Source: Oscillospiraceae bacterium (lineage in GTDB: Bacteria; Bacillota; Clostridia; Oscillospirales; CAG-272). From it: a stretch of 55,971 nucleotides of DNA. Both the position numbers and the translations under genes were made by a program. Numbering within the stretch: position 1 is the first letter of the stretch; every line of letters begins with the position of its first letter. The notes beneath the pieces were generated by a model that made no database searches, was not told the origin of the DNA, and saw only the letters and a list, made by a program, of their open reading frames with translations. Positions 53,207 through 55,971 of this stretch are shown in pieces. The stretch spans positions 1-55,971 of the forward strand of contig SVTI01000002.1 in assembly GCA_015063855.1 (NCBI GenBank), read 5' to 3'.

Positions 53207-55147
53207 ATGGAAAATACAAATGTAAACGAAGCAGCAGTTCAGGAGGATCTTTCCGAAATTCTGCAGATCAGAAGAGATAAGCTTGCAGCACTCCGTGAGG
53301 CAGGCAAAGATCCCTTTGAAATAACCAAGTTTGATTTTACACATACAAGTAATACTATCAAGAACAATTTTGCCGAGCTTGAGAATCAGACCGTAGTTCT
53401 TGCGGGCAGAATGATGAGCCGCCGTATCATGGGTAAGGCTTCCTTCTGCCACCTTCAGGACAATGATGGCAGAATCCAGGTTTACGTTAAGCGCGATGAT
53501 GTAGGTGAGGATGTATATCCCGAGTTTAAGAAGTGGGATATCGGTGATATCATCGGTATCAAGGGCTTTGTTTTCACTACAAAGACCGGAGAGATTTCCG
53601 TTCATGCACAGGAGATCACCCTTCTTGCAAAGTCTCTGCTTCCCCTTCCCGAGAAGTTCCATGGTCTTACCGACCGAGAGACCAGATACCGTCAGAGATA
53701 CGTTGACCTTATCGTTAATCCCGAGGTTAAGGATACCTTCGTTAAGCGTAGCCTTATCCTTCGTGAGCTCCGTCATTTTCTCGATTCCAAGGGCTTTCTT
53801 GAGGTTGATACTCCCATACTTACACCCTTCGAGATAGGCGCATCCGCACGTCCCTTCTATACTCATCACAATACTCTTGATATGGATATGGTTCTCCGTA
53901 TCGAGACAGAGCTTTACTTAAAGAGACTTATTGTTGGCGGTATGGACAGAGTGTATGAGGTTGGACGTATCTTCCGTAATGAGGGTATGGACCCCAAGCA
54001 TAATCCTGAGTTTACCTCCATCGAGCTCTATCAGGCATACACCGATTATCACGGTCTTATGGATCTTGTTGAGGATATGATGAAGACCGTTACACTTAAG
54101 GTTTGCGGTACTCTCCAGATTCCTTATCAGGGTCATATCATTGATATTTCCAACTGGGAAAAGCTCACTATGGTTGAGGCAGTTAAGAAGTACAGCGGTG
54201 TTGACTTTAACGAAGTTAAGACCGATGAAGAGGCTATCGAGCTTGCTAAGAAGCATCATGTAGAGCTTCCCGAGATACCCAGCAAGGGTGCTATTATTGC
54301 TGAGTTCTTTGATGCATTTGTTGAGGAGAAGCTCATTCAGCCTACATTTATCTACGATTATCCCGTAGAGATCAGCCCCCTCGCTAAGCGTAAGCCCGAG
54401 GATCCCATGTTTACCGAGCGTTTTGAGTACTTTATCAATGCTACCGAGTTTGGCAACGCATTCTCCGAGCTTAACGATCCTATCGATCAGAAGCAGAGAT
54501 TTGAGAAGCAGGTAGCAGACCGTCGTGCCATCGAGCCCGATACCAAGGCTGAGGTAGACTATGACTACATCAATGCTCTTGAGTACGGTATGCCCCCCAC
54601 AGGAGGCCTTGGCTTCGGTATTGACAGACTTGTAATGCTTCTTACCGACAGCGCATCCATCCGTGACGTTCTCCTTTTCCCCACCATGAAGCCTACAGAT
54701 GCTCCCAAGAAGGAAAAGACAGAGGAGAAGAGTGCAGCTGTTCCCGCAGTTGAGGTTAAGCCCGAGGTTATCGACTTCTCCAAGGTTGAGATCGAGCCTC
54801 TCTTTGAAGATTGTGTTGATTTTGAGACTTTCTCAAAGTCCGATTTCAGAGCAGTCAAGGTTAAAGCTTGTGAGGCTGTAAAGAAGTCAAAGAAGCTTCT
54901 TCAGTTCACCCTTGATGACGGTACCGGTAATGACCGTACCATCTTAAGCGGTATTCATGCATTCTATGAGCCCGAAGAGCTTGTAGGCAAGACACTTATC
55001 GCAATCACCAACCTTCCCCCCAGAGCTATGATGGGTATCGAATCCAACGGTATGCTCCTCTCCGCTATTCATAACGAGGAAGGCGAAGAAAAGCTCCACC
55101 TTCTCATGGTTGATCCCCATATCCCCGCAGGCGCAAAGCTTTATTAA
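53207..55147 (+). CDS. lysS: lysine--tRNA ligase (class II) fused to a C-terminal Trbp111/CsaA-type tRNA-binding domain
   Basis: Class II core (FRNEGMDPKHNPEFTSIELY, GGLGFGIDRLVM). A linker of about 45 aa and an OB-fold tRNA-binding domain follow (DFRAVKVKACEAV...LLQFTLDDG...NLPPRAMMGIESNGMLLSA). Confidence 0.9.
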   Translation: MENTNVNEAAVQEDLSEILQIRRDKLAALREAGKDPFEITKFDFTHTSNTIKNNFAELENQTVVLAGRMMSRRIMGKASFCHLQDNDGRIQVYVKRDDVGEDVYPEFKKWDIGDIIGIKGFVFTTKTGEISVHAQEITLLAKSLLPLPEKFHGLTDRETRYRQRYVDLIVNPEVKDTFVKRSLILRELRHFLDSKGFLEVDTPILTPFEIGASARPFYTHHNTLDMDMVLRIETELYLKRLIVGGMDRVYEVGRIFRNEGMDPKHNPEFTSIELYQAYTDYHGLMDLVEDMMKTVTLKVCGTLQIPYQGHIIDISNWEKLTMVEAVKKYSGVDFNEVKTDEEAIELAKKHHVELPEIPSKGAIIAEFFDAFVEEKLIQPTFIYDYPVEISPLAKRKPEDPMFTERFEYFINATEFGNAFSELNDPIDQKQRFEKQVADRRAIEPDTKAEVDYDYINALEYGMPPTGGLGFGIDRLVMLLTDSASIRDVLLFPTMKPTDAPKKEKTEEKSAAVPAVEVKPEVIDFSKVEIEPLFEDCVDFETFSKSDFRAVKVKACEAVKKSKKLLQFTLDDGTGNDRTILSGIHAFYEPEELVGKTLIAITNLPPRAMMGIESNGMLLSAIHNEEGEEKLHLLMVDPHIPAGAKLY

Positions 55148-55158
55148 TTAAATAATTA

Positions 55159-55190
55159 AGGACTATGATTATTATTTCATAGTCCTTTTT
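55159..55190 (+). terminator. rho-independent terminator of lysS
   Basis: AGGACTATGA / TCATAGTCCT stem followed by TTTTT. Confidence 0.75.
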
Positions 55191-55195
55191 GTATA

Positions 55196-55870
55196 GTAAA
55201 ACCACACGTTAGACGTGTGGTTCAAAAAAGGTTAACCGAAGAGGAAGAAATAAAAACTCCTTTGTTGTATAATGAAAGTGCGGTCGGCCAACTGCACATA
55301 AAAAACAACAAAGGAGGTCATTAACGATGAGTATTAATGACATAAATAGTTTATCACATACAAAGTGGAATTGCAAGTACCATATAGTATTTGCGCCAAA
55401 GTACAGAAGAAAGATATTCTATGGAGAAAAACGAACAGAAATAGGAAAGATATTAAGACAACTATGTGAATGGAAGGGAGTAAAGATAGTAGAGGCAGAA
55501 GTATGTCCGGATCACATACATATGTTGTTGGAAATACCACCAAAGCTGAGCGTATCAAGTTTTATGGGATATCTGAAAGGGAAAAGCAGTACGATGTTGT
55601 ACGAGCAATTCGGCGAGTTAAAATATAAGTATCGAAGTAGAGAATTTTGGTGTAAAGGATATTACGTAGATACAGTGGGAAAGAATACTAGCCGAATTGC
55701 GGAATATATAGCAAATCAATTAAAAGAAGACCAACTAGGCGAACAGATAACGATAAGCGAAGTCGGCCCGTTTACGGGTAGCAGGTAACAGTCCTACGCA
55801 GTTGGCAGATCGTATAAGTGCGTTTACGCACTTGCGAAGAACAGAGGGCTATGCCCGCATATGAAAAACC
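55196..55870 (+). mobile_element. IS200-type insertion sequence (IS200/IS605 family, tnpA only); boundaries approximate
   Basis: Y1 transposase gene flanked by subterminal hairpins (AACCACACG/CGTGTGGTT at 55199-55222 and AAGTGCG/CGCACTT at 55826-55843). No tnpB is present. Confidence 0.6.
55327..55788 (+). CDS. tnpA: IS200/IS605-family Y1 (HUH) transposase TnpA
   Basis: KYHIVFAPKYRRKIF, the HUH motif DHIHMLLEIPPK and a catalytic-Tyr region near the C-terminus. 153 aa. Confidence 0.9.
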   Translation: MSINDINSLSHTKWNCKYHIVFAPKYRRKIFYGEKRTEIGKILRQLCEWKGVKIVEAEVCPDHIHMLLEIPPKLSVSSFMGYLKGKSSTMLYEQFGELKYKYRSREFWCKGYYVDTVGKNTSRIAEYIANQLKEDQLGEQITISEVGPFTGSR

Positions 55871-55971
55871 ACCCGTTTTTGAAGTGAACCCCAAAGTTTA
55901 GACAAAATTAAATATTAAATTGCTTGTGAATGAGTTCGGTATTGCACCGGACTCATTCCTTTTAGCTTTAA

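Overview
This 55.97-kb chromosomal window is probably from a Clostridia-class Firmicute. That is an inference from gene content: SLH-anchored exoproteins, a CIRCE/HrcA heat-shock operon, a Cheo-type LexA box, and hrcA-grpE-dnaK-dnaJ-prmA and ftsE-ftsX-M23-S41 synteny. Product calls rest on motif recognition in the supplied translations; no database search was possible.

Housekeeping genes:
- uvrB (2.3-4.2 kb) and lexA (37.4 kb)
- plsY (40.4 kb)
- hrcA-grpE-dnaK-dnaJ-prmA (41.2-46.9 kb)
- a PucR-like regulator followed by ftsE-ftsX, a coiled-coil M23 peptidase and an S41 protease (47.4-52.7 kb)
- greA and a lysS carrying a C-terminal tRNA-binding-domain fusion (52.7-55.1 kb)
- an IS200-type tnpA at the right edge

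Accessory content:
1. Three Hanks-type Ser/Thr kinases. One has a DUF6273-like ectodomain, one is a minimal soluble kinase, and one has a triple-SLH ectodomain.
2. A 4.4-10.3 kb block of uncharacterised lipoproteins and membrane proteins with XRE regulators.
3. Three small sigma-factor/anti-sigma-like gene pairs plus one free lipoprotein. All four non-sigma proteins share one unrecognised extracytoplasmic domain of about 240 aa. There is clear recent gene conversion, including a 542-bp block of perfect identity. The region also holds two kinds of conserved upstream motif and an SLH-M23 peptidase embedded between the copies.
4. An orphan sugar-type catabolic cluster (12.8-19.1 kb).
5. An SLH-anchored envelope block (26.3-37.2 kb) encoding LRR/sulfatase-like, phosphodiester-glycosidase, kinase, LtaS-like and M14 peptidase proteins.
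6. A tandem 2 x 96-bp structured intergenic repeat downstream of plsY.

The most interesting candidate for an undescribed system is the sigma/anti-sigma/lipoprotein family at 10.4-12.8 and 20.0-26.3 kb. No CRISPR array, rRNA or tRNA gene was seen.
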